Assembly: GCA_040402275.1 (NCBI GenBank)
Contig: JBBAMW010000002.1
Length of the DNA: 64,000 nt
Reading direction: 5' to 3' (one strand)
DNA from: Candidatus Planktophila sp.
Lineage (GTDB): Bacteria > Actinomycetota > Actinomycetes > Nanopelagicales > Nanopelagicaceae
Shown: piece by piece, positions 9,778 to 20,723 of the stretch
Numbering within the stretch: position 1 is the first letter of the stretch
Layout: the number at the start of each line of letters is the position of its first letter
Position numbers and translations under genes: made by a program
The notes under the pieces: generated by a model
What the model was told of the DNA's origin: nothing
Databases searched by the model: none
The model's input: the letters and a program-made list of their open reading frames with translations, nothing else

Positions 9778-10698
9778 ATGAACTTCGACGAGGCGGGCGT
9801 GATTGCCGCATTAACGCGCATATTTGGCGCTACTCATCGCGGGGTCGAGATTGGAATCGGTGATGACGCGGCAGTTGTTACAACAACTGATCGCACCGTC
9901 ATCACCACTGATATGGCAGTTGAAGGCACACACTTTTCAACTAAGTGGAGCAGCGCCTTTGATATTGGTCGCAAGATAACAGCTGCAAATTTGGCAGATG
10001 TCTATGCGATGGGTGGCACCCCGAGATACCTGGTGGCGGCTGTAACTCTTACCGGTCAAGAGAGTATGGAGTGGATTGAAGAACTGGCAGAAGGCATTGC
10101 ACACGAAGCAAGAAGTTGTGGAGCATATGTTGTGGGTGGGGATTTGGCTAAAGGCCCGTGCATAGTAATTTCTATTACAGCAATTGGAGAAGTTGATAAT
10201 CCTATTACTCGCTCTGGTGCCCAGGTTGGAGATTCAATCTATATCTCCTCTTTGCCAGGATGGTCTGCTGCCGGTCTTTCAATAATTGAAAAAGATCTAG
10301 ACGATGACTTAGCTGTTCATGCAGTTTCTGAACACAACGCACCCACTGTGGATTATGTCTCGGCAATTCAGTTTTTAAATAACCGAGCACATTCGATGTG
10401 TGATGTCAGTGACGCACTGATTACTCAAGCTAATCAGTTAGCTCAAGCCTCTGGGGTTGCTTTAAAATTTGACCAAGTGTTATTTGCCCAGCACCCAGAG
10501 TTTCTTACATTAAAAGAGCTGGCTGATAGCCAGGATGTAGATGTGTGGCAATGGATATTTGCAGGCGGCGAAGACCATGTATTTCTTGCAACAGGAATTG
10601 ACTTAGATGGTTTTTGCGTGGGGACAGTTATTGAAGGCAGCGGAGTTCTCGGGGTAGAAATGAAAAAAGCGCCAGATACCTGGCGCCATTTCAATTAA
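9778..10698 (+). CDS. thiL: Thiamine-monophosphate kinase
   Basis: GIGDDAAV, ANLADVYAMGG, VVGGDL, DVSD and GGED. Confidence 0.93.
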   Translation: MNFDEAGVIAALTRIFGATHRGVEIGIGDDAAVVTTTDRTVITTDMAVEGTHFSTKWSSAFDIGRKITAANLADVYAMGGTPRYLVAAVTLTGQESMEWIEELAEGIAHEARSCGAYVVGGDLAKGPCIVISITAIGEVDNPITRSGAQVGDSIYISSLPGWSAAGLSIIEKDLDDDLAVHAVSEHNAPTVDYVSAIQFLNNRAHSMCDVSDALITQANQLAQASGVALKFDQVLFAQHPEFLTLKELADSQDVDVWQWIFAGGEDHVFLATGIDLDGFCVGTVIEGSGVLGVEMKKAPDTWRHFN

Positions 10699-10711
10699 CT
10701 GTTAGGTAAAA

Positions 10712-10897
10712 TTAACGAGTTACTTTTCCAGCCTTGAGGCATGAGGTACATACGTTTTGACGCTTTGGTGTTCCACCAACAAGGGTGCGAACGCGCTGAA
10801 TGTTTGGATTCCAACGACGACGGGTCTTCACCTGTGAGTGAGAGACATTGTTTCCGAAGCTGGGCCCTTTGGCACAGATATCGCATGTTGCTGCCAC
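10712..10897 (-). CDS. rpmB: 50S ribosomal protein L28 (Zn-ribbon form)
   Basis: CDIC.K.PSFGNNVSHS...RRWNPNIQ...CTSC; SD AAGGAG. Confidence 0.96.
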   Translation of the reverse strand: MAATCDICAKGPSFGNNVSHSQVKTRRRWNPNIQRVRTLVGGTPKRQNVCTSCLKAGKVTR

Positions 10898-11032
10898 AGC
10901 GGTACTCCTTTTAACTTTTCTATTGATCTCGTTCCAATGGGAACAGAGTGTAAGGGTACCCCGTAGGCGGGGTTCAATGCCAATTCACGCTTGTTGAGGG
11001 AAATTCAGAGGATTTAGCGAGAGAATGCCCGT

Positions 11033-13204
11033 GTGGCACAACTAGAGAACAAGGTTTCAGCGGTCGTTGGCGACCGCACCGCCAAAGTTCTTGACACCAC
11101 ATTTGGGATTAAAAGCATCGGCGATCTCATGCGCCATTACCCACGCCGCTACATGGTCCGCGGGGAGCTTTCAGATATCTCCGCCCTGCATGAAGGCGAT
11201 GAGACAACAATTCTGGCGCAGGTGTATTCAGCCTCAACTAGGCCCATGCGTGGGCGCAAAGGCAGCATGCTCGAAGTTGTTGTCACAGATGGCACAGACA
11301 AATTGTCCTTAACTTTTTTTAATCAAGCCTGGCGTGAAAAAGATTTGAAGGTAGGACGACAAGGCTTGTTTGCAGGAAAGGTTGGAGTCTTTAATAATAA
11401 GAAACAGCTGGCCCATCCAGATTACGAAATGATCCCCGATGGTTCAGATGTTGATAGCGCTGTTGAAGGCTTTGCCGGAAAGTATCTTCCTGTCTATCCC
11501 GCTTCGGCGAAAATGCCATCGTGGAAGATTTCACAATGTGCTCAACTTGCCATTGGAGCACTTGAAGAAATTGAAGATTTCTTACCCACTTCAATTCGTG
11601 AAAAACACAAGTACCCATCTCTGCATCAGGCATTGGTGCAACTACATCAGCCAGCAGATTTAGATCATGCCGAACTTTCTCGGGAACGTTTGACCTTTGA
11701 TGAAGCATTCCTTCTTCAATCTCTGTTAGTTATGCGCAGAATTGAGTTAAAGAAGTTGAACTCAACATCTAGAAAACGAATCAGTGGCGGTTTACTTGAT
11801 GCATTCGATGCGAACTTGCCTTTTGAGTTGACTGCTGGCCAAGTTGCCGTGTGCAAAGAGATTGAATCAGATCTATCTCAGCCACATCCAATGCACCGCT
11901 TATTACAAGGTGAAGTTGGTTCTGGTAAAACAATTGTTGCTGTGCGAGCGATGTTGGCAGTTGTTGATAGCGGGGGACAGGCTGCTCTGCTTGCACCTAC
12001 TGAAGTTTTAGCTGCCCAGCATCTTCGAACAATCCAAAAGCTTTTAGGCGAACTAGGTCAGGGCGGCATGCTTGGTGGTTCTGAAAAGGCCACACAAGTC
12101 ACTTTGATTACAGGTACACAAAGCGCAGCAGCACGTAAAGAGGCGCTGGCTATGGCTGCGCAGGGCAGCGCAGGCATCGTGATTGGTACGCATGCTCTCT
12201 TAGGTGAAAAAGTTGAATTTAAGGATTTGGGATTAATTGTTGTAGACGAGCAGCATCGTTTCGGTGTTGAACAACGTGATGCTTTGAAAGAGAAAGCAAT
12301 TCTGCCTCCACATCTACTTGTTATGACAGCAACACCAATTCCACGAACAGTTGCCATGACCGTCTTTGGTGATTTAGATGTGTCAACGTTGCGAGAGCTG
12401 CCGTTAGGGCGACAACCGATTACAACCCATGTTGTGCCGGTGAAAGAAAAGCCAAGTTTTTTGGAGAGAGCATGGCAAAGAATTAACGAAGAGGTGGCCC
12501 AAGGTCATCAGGCATACATCGTTGCCCCGCGTATTAGCGCCGATTCTGATGCAAATGCTGACATTGACTTCCTATTTGGAGAGGAGTCATCTGAGATCAC
12601 ATCAGTTGAGGAGCTAGCGCCAACCTTGCATGCGGGGCCATTGAAAGGGTCAAAAATCGCCATTTTGCATGGTCGCCTATCTGCTGATGAAAAAGATTCA
12701 ACGATGCTAGCTTTTACTAAGGGCGAAATCGATGTCTTGGTTTCAACAACTGTTATTGAAGTGGGTGTGGATGTGCCCAATGCAACGATTATGGTGATTA
12801 TGGATGCGGATCGTTTTGGCGTTTCACAGCTACATCAACTTCGCGGTCGTGTTGGTCGCGGAACATCACCTGGGCTCTGCCTTTTAGTGACTGGATGCGA
12901 AGAAGAGAGCCCGGCTCGTGAAAGATTAAATGCGGTTGCTGGCACAGTAGATGGCTTTGAGTTATCCCGCATAGATCTTGAGCAACGCCGAGAAGGAGAT
13001 GTACTTGGTGCAAGTCAATCTGGCACACAGTCGCATTTGCGGCTGCTCCGTGTTTTGCGCGATGAAGCGTTGATCGAACAGGCCCGTGATGATGCAGAAT
13101 CACTGATTGCGACAGATAATGATTTGTCAGACTATCCTGCGCTGAGGGCTGAGCTTGCCCAGTTACAGCGCGATCAAGCCGTTGACTATTTAGATAAGGG
13201 TTAA
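11033..13204 (+). CDS. recG: ATP-dependent DNA helicase RecG
   Basis: QGEVGSGKT, DEQHRFG, MTATPIPRT and QLHQLRGRVGRG. Confidence 0.97.
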   Translation: MAQLENKVSAVVGDRTAKVLDTTFGIKSIGDLMRHYPRRYMVRGELSDISALHEGDETTILAQVYSASTRPMRGRKGSMLEVVVTDGTDKLSLTFFNQAWREKDLKVGRQGLFAGKVGVFNNKKQLAHPDYEMIPDGSDVDSAVEGFAGKYLPVYPASAKMPSWKISQCAQLAIGALEEIEDFLPTSIREKHKYPSLHQALVQLHQPADLDHAELSRERLTFDEAFLLQSLLVMRRIELKKLNSTSRKRISGGLLDAFDANLPFELTAGQVAVCKEIESDLSQPHPMHRLLQGEVGSGKTIVAVRAMLAVVDSGGQAALLAPTEVLAAQHLRTIQKLLGELGQGGMLGGSEKATQVTLITGTQSAAARKEALAMAAQGSAGIVIGTHALLGEKVEFKDLGLIVVDEQHRFGVEQRDALKEKAILPPHLLVMTATPIPRTVAMTVFGDLDVSTLRELPLGRQPITTHVVPVKEKPSFLERAWQRINEEVAQGHQAYIVAPRISADSDANADIDFLFGEESSEITSVEELAPTLHAGPLKGSKIAILHGRLSADEKDSTMLAFTKGEIDVLVSTTVIEVGVDVPNATIMVIMDADRFGVSQLHQLRGRVGRGTSPGLCLLVTGCEEESPARERLNAVAGTVDGFELSRIDLEQRREGDVLGASQSGTQSHLRLLRVLRDEALIEQARDDAESLIATDNDLSDYPALRAELAQLQRDQAVDYLDKG

Positions 13205-13208
13205 TCAA

Positions 13209-13778
13209 TTGAGAATTATTGCCGGTGTTGCAAAGGGCCGAATTCTTGGCGCCGTTGCAGGCGCAACTCGACCAACCTCTGATCGAGCTCGTGAAGGCTT
13301 GTTCTCTTCATTGGCCTCTGAATTTGGAAGCTTCGAAGGATTACATGTTTTAGATCTATTTGGTGGATCTGGTGCAATTGGATTGGAATCATTGTCTCGA
13401 GGCGCGACATCAGTCCACATAGTTGAAAAAGATGATGAAGCACAAAAAACGATTGAAACTAACTTTGAAATAGTAAAGAAGTCCAATCCAACGGGAAGTT
13501 TTCATTTGTATGGAATGAGCGCTGAGCGGTTCTTGAAAGATGCACCAAAAGATAAATATCATCTTGTTTATATTGATCCACCATATGATTTTTCTAATCA
13601 AGCAGTGGAAGATGTTTTGAGCGCATTACATGATTACGAATTTCTCAGCAGCGACGCATTTATTGCAGTAGAGCGCACTACGCGTGGGGCGCAATTTATA
13701 TGGCCAGATGCTTATGTGCCTGCACGTGAGCGAAAATATGGGCAGGCGACCATTTATTACGCTAATTACCAGCCTTAA
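13209..13778 (+). CDS. rsmD: 16S rRNA m2G966 methyltransferase
   Basis: RIIAG, TRPTSDR.RE and DPPY. Confidence 0.93.
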   Translation: MRIIAGVAKGRILGAVAGATRPTSDRAREGLFSSLASEFGSFEGLHVLDLFGGSGAIGLESLSRGATSVHIVEKDDEAQKTIETNFEIVKKSNPTGSFHLYGMSAERFLKDAPKDKYHLVYIDPPYDFSNQAVEDVLSALHDYEFLSSDAFIAVERTTRGAQFIWPDAYVPARERKYGQATIYYANYQP

Positions 13779-13817
13779 GAATGGATAACTGGGCTCAGTA
13801 TTGCTAGCGTTTGGCAC

Positions 13818-14297
13818 ATGAAGCGCGCGGTATGCCCTGGATCCTTTGATCCCATCACATATGGGCACCTAGACATCATTGAGCGTGCAGCCCAGCAGTT
13901 TGATCACGTAGTCGTAGCTGTCCTGGAAAATCGCACCAAATCAAGTCTCTTTACCGTTACAGAGCGTATTGCGATGATTACTGAAGTAACAACTAAGTTT
14001 TCTAACGTTTCCGTTGATTCATGGAGCGGACTTTTAGTTGATTATTGCAAGAGCAATTCAATTCAAGCGATCGTTAAGGGATTAAGAGCGGTTACTGACT
14101 TTGATTACGAATTGCAGATGGCTCAGGTTAATCTGCAGGGATCTGGTGTTGAAACAATGTTCATGGCAACATCGCCTGCTCATTCATTTTTATCATCATC
14201 TCTTGTGAAAGAGCTTGCTCATTACAACGGTGATGTCTCAACCATGGTTCCACCATCAATTAATGAAGCACTTAAAGCACGAGTAGCGGGGAAGTAG
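13818..14297 (+). CDS. coaD: Phosphopantetheine adenylyltransferase
   Basis: PGSFDPIT.GHLDII, KGLR and SSSLVKE. Confidence 0.96.
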   Translation: MKRAVCPGSFDPITYGHLDIIERAAQQFDHVVVAVLENRTKSSLFTVTERIAMITEVTTKFSNVSVDSWSGLLVDYCKSNSIQAIVKGLRAVTDFDYELQMAQVNLQGSGVETMFMATSPAHSFLSSSLVKELAHYNGDVSTMVPPSINEALKARVAGK

Positions 14298-14300
14298 ATC

Positions 14301-14780
14301 ATGGATTCAGTAGAGAAGTTAACTTCAGCGATCACATTAATTGAAGAAGCTCGTGGCGTCCCATTATCTGCAAGTTGTGTTGTGCACCGAGCTGAAATGC
14401 TTGAAATCCTTGATGATGCCCGCGAAGCACTTCCAACGGATTTTGAATCTGCGCGAAAGATTATTGAAACCCGAGATGCCATCATTGAAGAGGCACGAGT
14501 GAGCGCAGAACAATTAATCACTATCGCCCGTGAAGATGTCTCACAAATGGTTGAGCAGACTTCTATTGTGCAGATCGCCCGTGATGAAGCCCGAAAGATT
14601 TTAGATGATGCCCGCGAGACTGCTGATCTTGAAAAGCAAGAGGTTGAGGAGTACATCGATGGACGCCTTGCAACTCTTGAAGTAATCCTTAACAAGACAA
14701 TGGATGCAGTCTCTCGCGGCCGTGATCGACTAGGCGGCGCAAATGACAAGGATGTCTTGTCGCAACTTGCTGATGAGTAA
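14301..14780 (+). CDS. Coiled-coil cell-division protein (SepIVA/DivIVA-like)
   Basis: EARGVPLSASCVV followed by coiled coil; conserved slot between coaD and yceD. Confidence 0.75.
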   Translation: MDSVEKLTSAITLIEEARGVPLSASCVVHRAEMLEILDDAREALPTDFESARKIIETRDAIIEEARVSAEQLITIAREDVSQMVEQTSIVQIARDEARKILDDARETADLEKQEVEEYIDGRLATLEVILNKTMDAVSRGRDRLGGANDKDVLSQLADE

Positions 14781-15369
14781 AGCTCCGGATTCTTTCAAGC
14801 TCAATACCTACGAGCTACCTCGTCGCGCGGGCGAGATGAAGGAATACGAATTAGATATTGTTGTTAAGGAAAAGTTCGGTGTTGATTTAATCTCAGTCCC
14901 ATCCGGTGAAGTGATTGAAGTGGATGCCCGCCTGGAATCTGTCACTGAGGGTGTTTTGCTCAGCGCAGATGTCTACGCCGTGGCGCAGGGAGAATGCATT
15001 CGTTGCCTAGATCCCGTTGAAATTGTGATTGAGCGCAAGATTCAAGAGCTCTATAACTACGAGCCAACAAATGAACGTGGAAAGAAAAAGAGAAAGAGTT
15101 CGACAGAGGATTTAACGAGTGAAGATTTAGATGTGGCAGATGAGTTCATGATGGATGGGGACATCCTTGATCTTGAGACCCCCATTCGAGATGCGATTGT
15201 CCTGTCATTGCCCAGTAACCCGTTGTGCAGCCAGGATTGTCTGGGCCTGTGCCCAGAATGCGGTGGTAAGTGGGCTGAACTGCCTGAAGATCACGCCCAT
15301 GAAGTAATTGATGCACGCTGGGCCCGCCTCGGGGGATTAACCCTCGAGGATCCCGATTTCAAGATTTAG
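14773..15369 (+). CDS. yceD: YceD/DUF177 metal-binding protein
   Basis: CIRCL and PLC..DC.GLCPECG, D.RWA.L; upstream of rpmF. Confidence 0.88.
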   Translation: MSKAPDSFKLNTYELPRRAGEMKEYELDIVVKEKFGVDLISVPSGEVIEVDARLESVTEGVLLSADVYAVAQGECIRCLDPVEIVIERKIQELYNYEPTNERGKKKRKSSTEDLTSEDLDVADEFMMDGDILDLETPIRDAIVLSLPSNPLCSQDCLGLCPECGGKWAELPEDHAHEVIDARWARLGGLTLEDPDFKI

Positions 15370-15436
15370 CCCTTTTAAGGGATACTTACGCTCTGCAGTC
15401 CAGTGGCTGCTCAAGGATTGAGAAGAGGTTCGAACA

Positions 15437-15610
15437 GTGCCAGTACCAAAGCGAAAAATGTCGCGTTCAAAGACGCGCTCACGTCGTAGCCAGTGGAAAA
15501 CTACTGCAGCCTCTCTATCAACATGCGGTCAGTGCCAGCAGCCTAAGTTGCAGCACACAGCATGCCCAACGTGCGGTACATACAACCGTCGCCAGGTATT
15601 AGAGGTCTGA
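15437..15610 (+). CDS. rpmF: 50S ribosomal protein L32 (not in the supplied ORF track)
   Basis: Translates to MPVPKRKMSRSKTRSRRSQWK...CGQC...HTACPTCGTYNRRQVLEV; SD GAGG. Confidence 0.95.
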   Translation: MPVPKRKMSRSKTRSRRSQWKTTAASLSTCGQCQQPKLQHTACPTCGTYNRRQVLEV

Positions 15611-15620
15611 TCTGAGTTCA

Positions 15621-16298
15621 ATGCTCAGTGAGCAGCTGGGAGTAACACTCGATCCAGCTTTGCTCGAGTTAGCTTTTACCCATCGTTCATATGCCTATGA
15701 ATCTGGAAGTAAAGAAACTAATGAGCGCCTTGAATTTCTTGGTGATTCAGTTCTTGGTTTAATTGTTACCGAAGAACTCTACAAACGTTATCCAGATTTT
15801 GATGAAAGTCGTCTTTCACCGTTGCGTTCTGGTGTTGTCAATATGCGTGCGCTCGCAGATATTGCGCGCGGATTACAACTTGGCCAATACATCCGTCTTG
15901 GAAAAGGCGAAGAGGTAACTAACGGACGCGATAAAAACTCATTGCTTGCAGATGCTCTCGAAGCATTGATTGGCGCTATTTATATGCAATTTGGTTTTGC
16001 CCAATGCACTGAGATAGTTCGAAAGTTGATTACACCCACTATGGACTCAGCTGTTGCACGAGGTGCTGGCCTTGATGGAAAAACAGCGCTACAAGAATTA
16101 GCGGCATCTCTCGGTAAGGGTGCACCGGAATACATTGTTAGCGAAGAAGGCCCAGATCACGATAAGAACTTCACCGCAGTTGCAATGTTGAGCGGTGAAG
16201 TAATGAGCGAAGGAACTGGGAAGAGTAAGCGAGAGGCTGAACAGGTAGCCGCACGCATAGCCTATGAAGCGTTAAAAACCGCCTTTCCGCAAGCCTAA
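15621..16298 (+). CDS. rnc: Ribonuclease III
   Basis: THRSY, NERLEFLGDSVL and C-terminal dsRBD. Confidence 0.97.
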   Translation: MLSEQLGVTLDPALLELAFTHRSYAYESGSKETNERLEFLGDSVLGLIVTEELYKRYPDFDESRLSPLRSGVVNMRALADIARGLQLGQYIRLGKGEEVTNGRDKNSLLADALEALIGAIYMQFGFAQCTEIVRKLITPTMDSAVARGAGLDGKTALQELAASLGKGAPEYIVSEEGPDHDKNFTAVAMLSGEVMSEGTGKSKREAEQVAARIAYEALKTAFPQA

Positions 16299-16338
16299 AT
16301 TCACTAAAAACACGCTCCTGAAGCGATAGGTTTACCGC

Positions 16339-19300
16339 GTGTATTTGAAGAGTATGACGCTCAAGGGCTTTAAGTCCTTTGCTTCCGCGACCACTCTTCG
16401 CCTGGAACCCGGAATCACCTGCGTGGTTGGCCCTAATGGCTCAGGCAAATCAAATGTTGTAGACGCCCTTACGTGGGTAATGGGTGAGCAAGGGGCAAAA
16501 TCACTGCGCGGCGGAAAGATGGAAGATGTCATCTTTGCTGGAACAAGTGGACGAGCACCTCTTGGTCGTGCTGAAGTTTCACTGACAATTGATAACTCTG
16601 ATGGCGCACTACCGATTGATTACACCGAAGTAACTATTTCAAGAATTCTTTTCCGTAATGGACAAAGTGAATATCAAATTAATGGTGAAGCATCTCGCTT
16701 ATTAGATATTCAAGAATTATTAAGCGATTCAGGAATTGGTCGCGAAATGCACGTGATCGTTGGACAAGGTCAACTTGATGCAATCTTGATGGCAACTCCA
16801 GAGGAGCGCCGCGGATTTATTGAAGAAGCAGCTGGAGTACTCAAGCACCGTAAGCGCAAAGAGAAAGCGCTTCGTAAATTGGATTCGATGCAAGCAAACC
16901 TTGCCCGTATTCAAGATCTAACTGTTGAGCTTCGACGTCAATTGCGTCCACTTGGCAAGCAAGCAGAAGTCGCCAAGAAAGCAGCAACAATTCAAGCGGA
17001 TCTGCGCGATGCAAAGCTTCGATTGTTAGCTGATGATTTTATTTCTATGTCCAAAACTCTCGAACTTGAAGTTGCCGATGAGACTGCGTTGCGCGAGAAA
17101 CGTTCAGGAGTTGAGGCCGAGGTTGATTCTGTTCGACGTCGCGAAGTAGCACTCGATGCACAAGCTGCATACGAAGGTCCACTTTTGGTTGCTGCGCAAG
17201 AGACTTATTACAATCTCAACTCTCTGCGTGAAAAATTCCGCGGAACCCAAAGCCTTGCTCAAGAGCGCTCACGTTTCCTCAATGAAGAAGCGGAAGAAGC
17301 TCGCACATCAGGTCGGGATCCAGAGAGTTTGGACAAAGAGGCTGCATCATTACGCCTTGAAGAGAGCGAACTTCGTGCAAATGTAATTTCAGCCCAGCAA
17401 GCATTACTCCAAGCCTCATCACAACTAGGTGCCGCAGAGGCTGCGCTCAAAAGTGATGAGGACACAATCGCTGCAGCTATGCGAGCAATTGCAGATGCAC
17501 GCGAAGGAACAGCTCGCCAAGAAGGCCATATCAGGTCATTGCAGGCACGACTTGAAGCAATTGCAGAGGAAATTGCTCGTCTCACGAGATCTCGCGATGA
17601 TGCTCAGTCACGCGTAGATAAAGCAGAGCGCGAGTATTCATCATATGAGTTAGAAATTGCTAGTGCAGATTCAGGCGAACTAGGCCTTGATTCACAGTTC
17701 GAAGGCGCAAAGTCCCAGTTGGAAAGTGCGAAATCAAAGGTTAATGAACTAGTAGACGCTGAGCGCGCGGCAGACCGTGAACGAAATGCAATCGAGGCAA
17801 AGCTTGAAGCGATGAAGTTAACCTCGCAGAATCGTGATGGAGCTTCGGCTCTGCTTCGTGATTCACGCGGAGTTTCAATTCTGGGCAGTATTGCAGGCTT
17901 GATTGAAATTGATAATGGGTGGGAATCTGCTGCCGCAGCTGCACTTGGAACCTTGGCTGATGCAGTTGTCGTGCAGGATCTTTCATCTGCAGTAACTGCA
18001 CTGACAACTTTGCGTAGCGAAAACCTAGGACAAGCAGATGTCTTGGTCTATGAGCCAGGACAAACTGGCAATGGAAATATTCCAGCAGGCTTAACTCCAC
18101 TTTCAGCGCACATTCGATCAAGTGCTATTGGTGACCTACTCTCTTCATTGCTTGCCTCTACTGTTGTTGCAGAAAATGCCAATGCCGCAGAGGCGATCTT
18201 GCGATCTCATCCGAGCGTAACAGTTGTTACACGAGACGGAGATGTTATTTCTCGTGGTCGTGCGCGTGGTGGATCAAAATCTTCGTCATCATTAATTGAA
18301 ATTAATGCGCTGATTGAAGGGCTTGAAAGCAAGTTGCAGGAAATTACGCATATTTGTGATCGTCTAAAGTTTGAAATCGCTACTGCAACGACTGAACTTA
18401 CTTCGCGTCAAAGTGATTTTGAAGTTGCTCTGTCAAAGCTCAATGAATCAGATGCACGTATTGCAGCCCTGACTGAGCAGTTGGCAGTTTCTGGTCAAAA
18501 CATGAAGTCTGCAATGGCAGAAGTTGAGCGCCTAAACATCTCGATAGGTGAAGCAAGTGCTGCTAGGTCTCGTGATGAAGGAGAAATCCTCATCGCTCAA
18601 AATCAATTACAACAGCGTGGTGAAGTAGCAGAGCCTGATCACTCGCATGCAGAAGATTTACGTAACCAGGTATCAGTTGCTCGAACCTCTGAGGTTGAAG
18701 CGCGGTTAGCTGTTCGTACAATTGAAGAGCGTGTCAACTCAGTTGGTGCTAGAGCTTTGGCATTGGAGCAATCAGCACAGGCAGAACGTGATGCATCAGA
18801 GCGCGCAATTATTCGTAGAAGTGCTCGTGCACGTGCTGCAGTTATTTCCCAAGCGGTTGCAGAGGCTGCCTATGAAGCGTTGATTCACATCGAACGTTCG
18901 ATTGCAAAAGCTGCAGTTGAACGCGGACGTCTTGAAGAATCTCGCTCAGCCCGTGAAGGCGAAACATTGACCGTTCGTACACGAGGACGCGAATTAACAT
19001 CAGAGCTTGAACAGTTGACAACCAGTGTTCATAAAGATGAAATTGCTCGTGCAGAACAACGCCTTCGTATTGAAGCTCTTGAAACTAAAACTGTTGAAGA
19101 GTTTGGAATCGATACATCAACTTTGGTCAACGAATACGGTCCAGATAATGATGTGCCAACATTCCATGAGACCGATGAAGGTGAAATAATTGCAACTGAG
19201 CTCGTTCCATATCGCCGTGATCAACAAGAAAAGCGTTTGGCATCTGCCGAACGATCACTGAATTTGTTAGGCAAGATCAATCCACTTGCACTTGAAGAGT

Positions 19301-19875
19301 TCACATCACTAGAAGAGCGCTTGAAGTTCTTAGCTGAGCAGCTTGAGGATCTTAAGAACACCAAAAAGGATTTGCTGGACATTATTAGAGAGGTTGATGA
19401 TCGCGTTCAATCAATCTTTATGGAGGCATTCACAGAAACGGCAAAGCACTTCGAGGATATTTTTGCTCGCTTGTTCCCAGGCGGGGATGGGCGTTTGATC
19501 CTTACAGATCCAGATAACCCATTAACAACTGGTGTTGATGTTGAAGCGCGCCCACCAGGAAAGCGCATTAAGCGCCTTTCACTGTTATCAGGTGGAGAAA
19601 AGGCTCTTACAGCTGTTGCCATGTTAATTGCAATCTTTAAGGCGCGACCAAGCCCCTTCTATGTTCTAGATGAGGTCGAAGCAGCCCTGGATGATGTCAA
19701 CCTCGGACGCTTACTTGTTATTTTAGAGGAGCTTCGAGAAAGTTCACAGTTGATCGTCATTACTCACCAAAAGCGCACAATGGAAATTGCAGATGCTCTC
19801 TATGGCGTGACCATGCGCGGTGATGGTGTTACCGAAGTTATCTCACAGCGCCTGCGCGAATCTGACGCTAGCTAA
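16339..19875 (+). CDS. smc: Chromosome segregation protein SMC
   Basis: GPNGSGKSN, coiled coils and hinge, LSGGE, LDEVEAALD. Confidence 0.97.
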   Translation: MYLKSMTLKGFKSFASATTLRLEPGITCVVGPNGSGKSNVVDALTWVMGEQGAKSLRGGKMEDVIFAGTSGRAPLGRAEVSLTIDNSDGALPIDYTEVTISRILFRNGQSEYQINGEASRLLDIQELLSDSGIGREMHVIVGQGQLDAILMATPEERRGFIEEAAGVLKHRKRKEKALRKLDSMQANLARIQDLTVELRRQLRPLGKQAEVAKKAATIQADLRDAKLRLLADDFISMSKTLELEVADETALREKRSGVEAEVDSVRRREVALDAQAAYEGPLLVAAQETYYNLNSLREKFRGTQSLAQERSRFLNEEAEEARTSGRDPESLDKEAASLRLEESELRANVISAQQALLQASSQLGAAEAALKSDEDTIAAAMRAIADAREGTARQEGHIRSLQARLEAIAEEIARLTRSRDDAQSRVDKAEREYSSYELEIASADSGELGLDSQFEGAKSQLESAKSKVNELVDAERAADRERNAIEAKLEAMKLTSQNRDGASALLRDSRGVSILGSIAGLIEIDNGWESAAAAALGTLADAVVVQDLSSAVTALTTLRSENLGQADVLVYEPGQTGNGNIPAGLTPLSAHIRSSAIGDLLSSLLASTVVAENANAAEAILRSHPSVTVVTRDGDVISRGRARGGSKSSSSLIEINALIEGLESKLQEITHICDRLKFEIATATTELTSRQSDFEVALSKLNESDARIAALTEQLAVSGQNMKSAMAEVERLNISIGEASAARSRDEGEILIAQNQLQQRGEVAEPDHSHAEDLRNQVSVARTSEVEARLAVRTIEERVNSVGARALALEQSAQAERDASERAIIRRSARARAAVISQAVAEAAYEALIHIERSIAKAAVERGRLEESRSAREGETLTVRTRGRELTSELEQLTTSVHKDEIARAEQRLRIEALETKTVEEFGIDTSTLVNEYGPDNDVPTFHETDEGEIIATELVPYRRDQQEKRLASAERSLNLLGKINPLALEEFTSLEERLKFLAEQLEDLKNTKKDLLDIIREVDDRVQSIFMEAFTETAKHFEDIFARLFPGGDGRLILTDPDNPLTTGVDVEARPPGKRIKRLSLLSGGEKALTAVAMLIAIFKARPSPFYVLDEVEAALDDVNLGRLLVILEELRESSQLIVITHQKRTMEIADALYGVTMRGDGVTEVISQRLRESDAS

Positions 19876-19886
19876 GGTTTAGTTCG

Positions 19887-20723
19887 ATGGGTCTTTTTAG
19901 TAAGTTCATCGCCACAATAAAGGGCACAAATGATTTTTCACCTGCTGATTGGGCTGAATTGGAGCAAGAACTTATAGCCTCTGACCTTGGACCAACTCTG
20001 ACTAAGAAATTCCTAGAGGCGGCCAGGAAGGTTAAGAGCGATAACGCTGAACTAGCGTTAATTGAAATTTTGACATCAAATCTTTCAAAGAGTTCTCATG
20101 AACCAGTACTGGTGAGTGGAACGACAACGATTATGGTCGTTGGCGTAAATGGCACAGGGAAAACCACATCTGTCGCAAAGCTGGCTTTTTATTACAAAAA
20201 GAGTGGCAAGAGTGTCGTACTAGCAGCAGGTGACACCTTTCGTGCCGCAGCAGTTGATCAATTAAAGACCTGGGGTAGCCGTATTGGAGTACTTGTTATT
20301 TCCGGGAAAGATAATAGTGATCCCGCTTCCGTTGCTTTTGATGGCGCAAAAAGTGCGCATGATTCTGCTAGTGATATTTTTATCATTGACACCGCAGGGC
20401 GCTTACACAACAAAAGCGATTTAATGGCAGAGCTGAGCAAAGTAAAGCGCGTGGTTGAAAAAGTCTCACCCATTAACGAGGTACTGCTAGTAATTGATGC
20501 AACAACTGGTCAAAACGGTTTACAACAGGCGAAGATATTTACTGAATGTGTTGAAGTTACGGGAATTGTTCTTACAAAGTTAGATGGCAGTGCAAAAGGT
20601 GGGGTAGCCCTTGCCATCGAGGCAGAATTGGGAATCCCGGTTAAATGGGTGGGCACTGGAGAATCTGAGTCTGATCTTGCCCTCTTTGACGCTCAGAGCT
20701 ACATCAAGGGGCTGCTCTCGTAA
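19887..20723 (+). CDS. ftsY: SRP receptor FtsY (minimal NG domain)
   Basis: GVNGTGKTT, DTFRAAA, DTAGR and TKLDGSAKGG. Confidence 0.95.
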   Translation: MGLFSKFIATIKGTNDFSPADWAELEQELIASDLGPTLTKKFLEAARKVKSDNAELALIEILTSNLSKSSHEPVLVSGTTTIMVVGVNGTGKTTSVAKLAFYYKKSGKSVVLAAGDTFRAAAVDQLKTWGSRIGVLVISGKDNSDPASVAFDGAKSAHDSASDIFIIDTAGRLHNKSDLMAELSKVKRVVEKVSPINEVLLVIDATTGQNGLQQAKIFTECVEVTGIVLTKLDGSAKGGVALAIEAELGIPVKWVGTGESESDLALFDAQSYIKGLLS

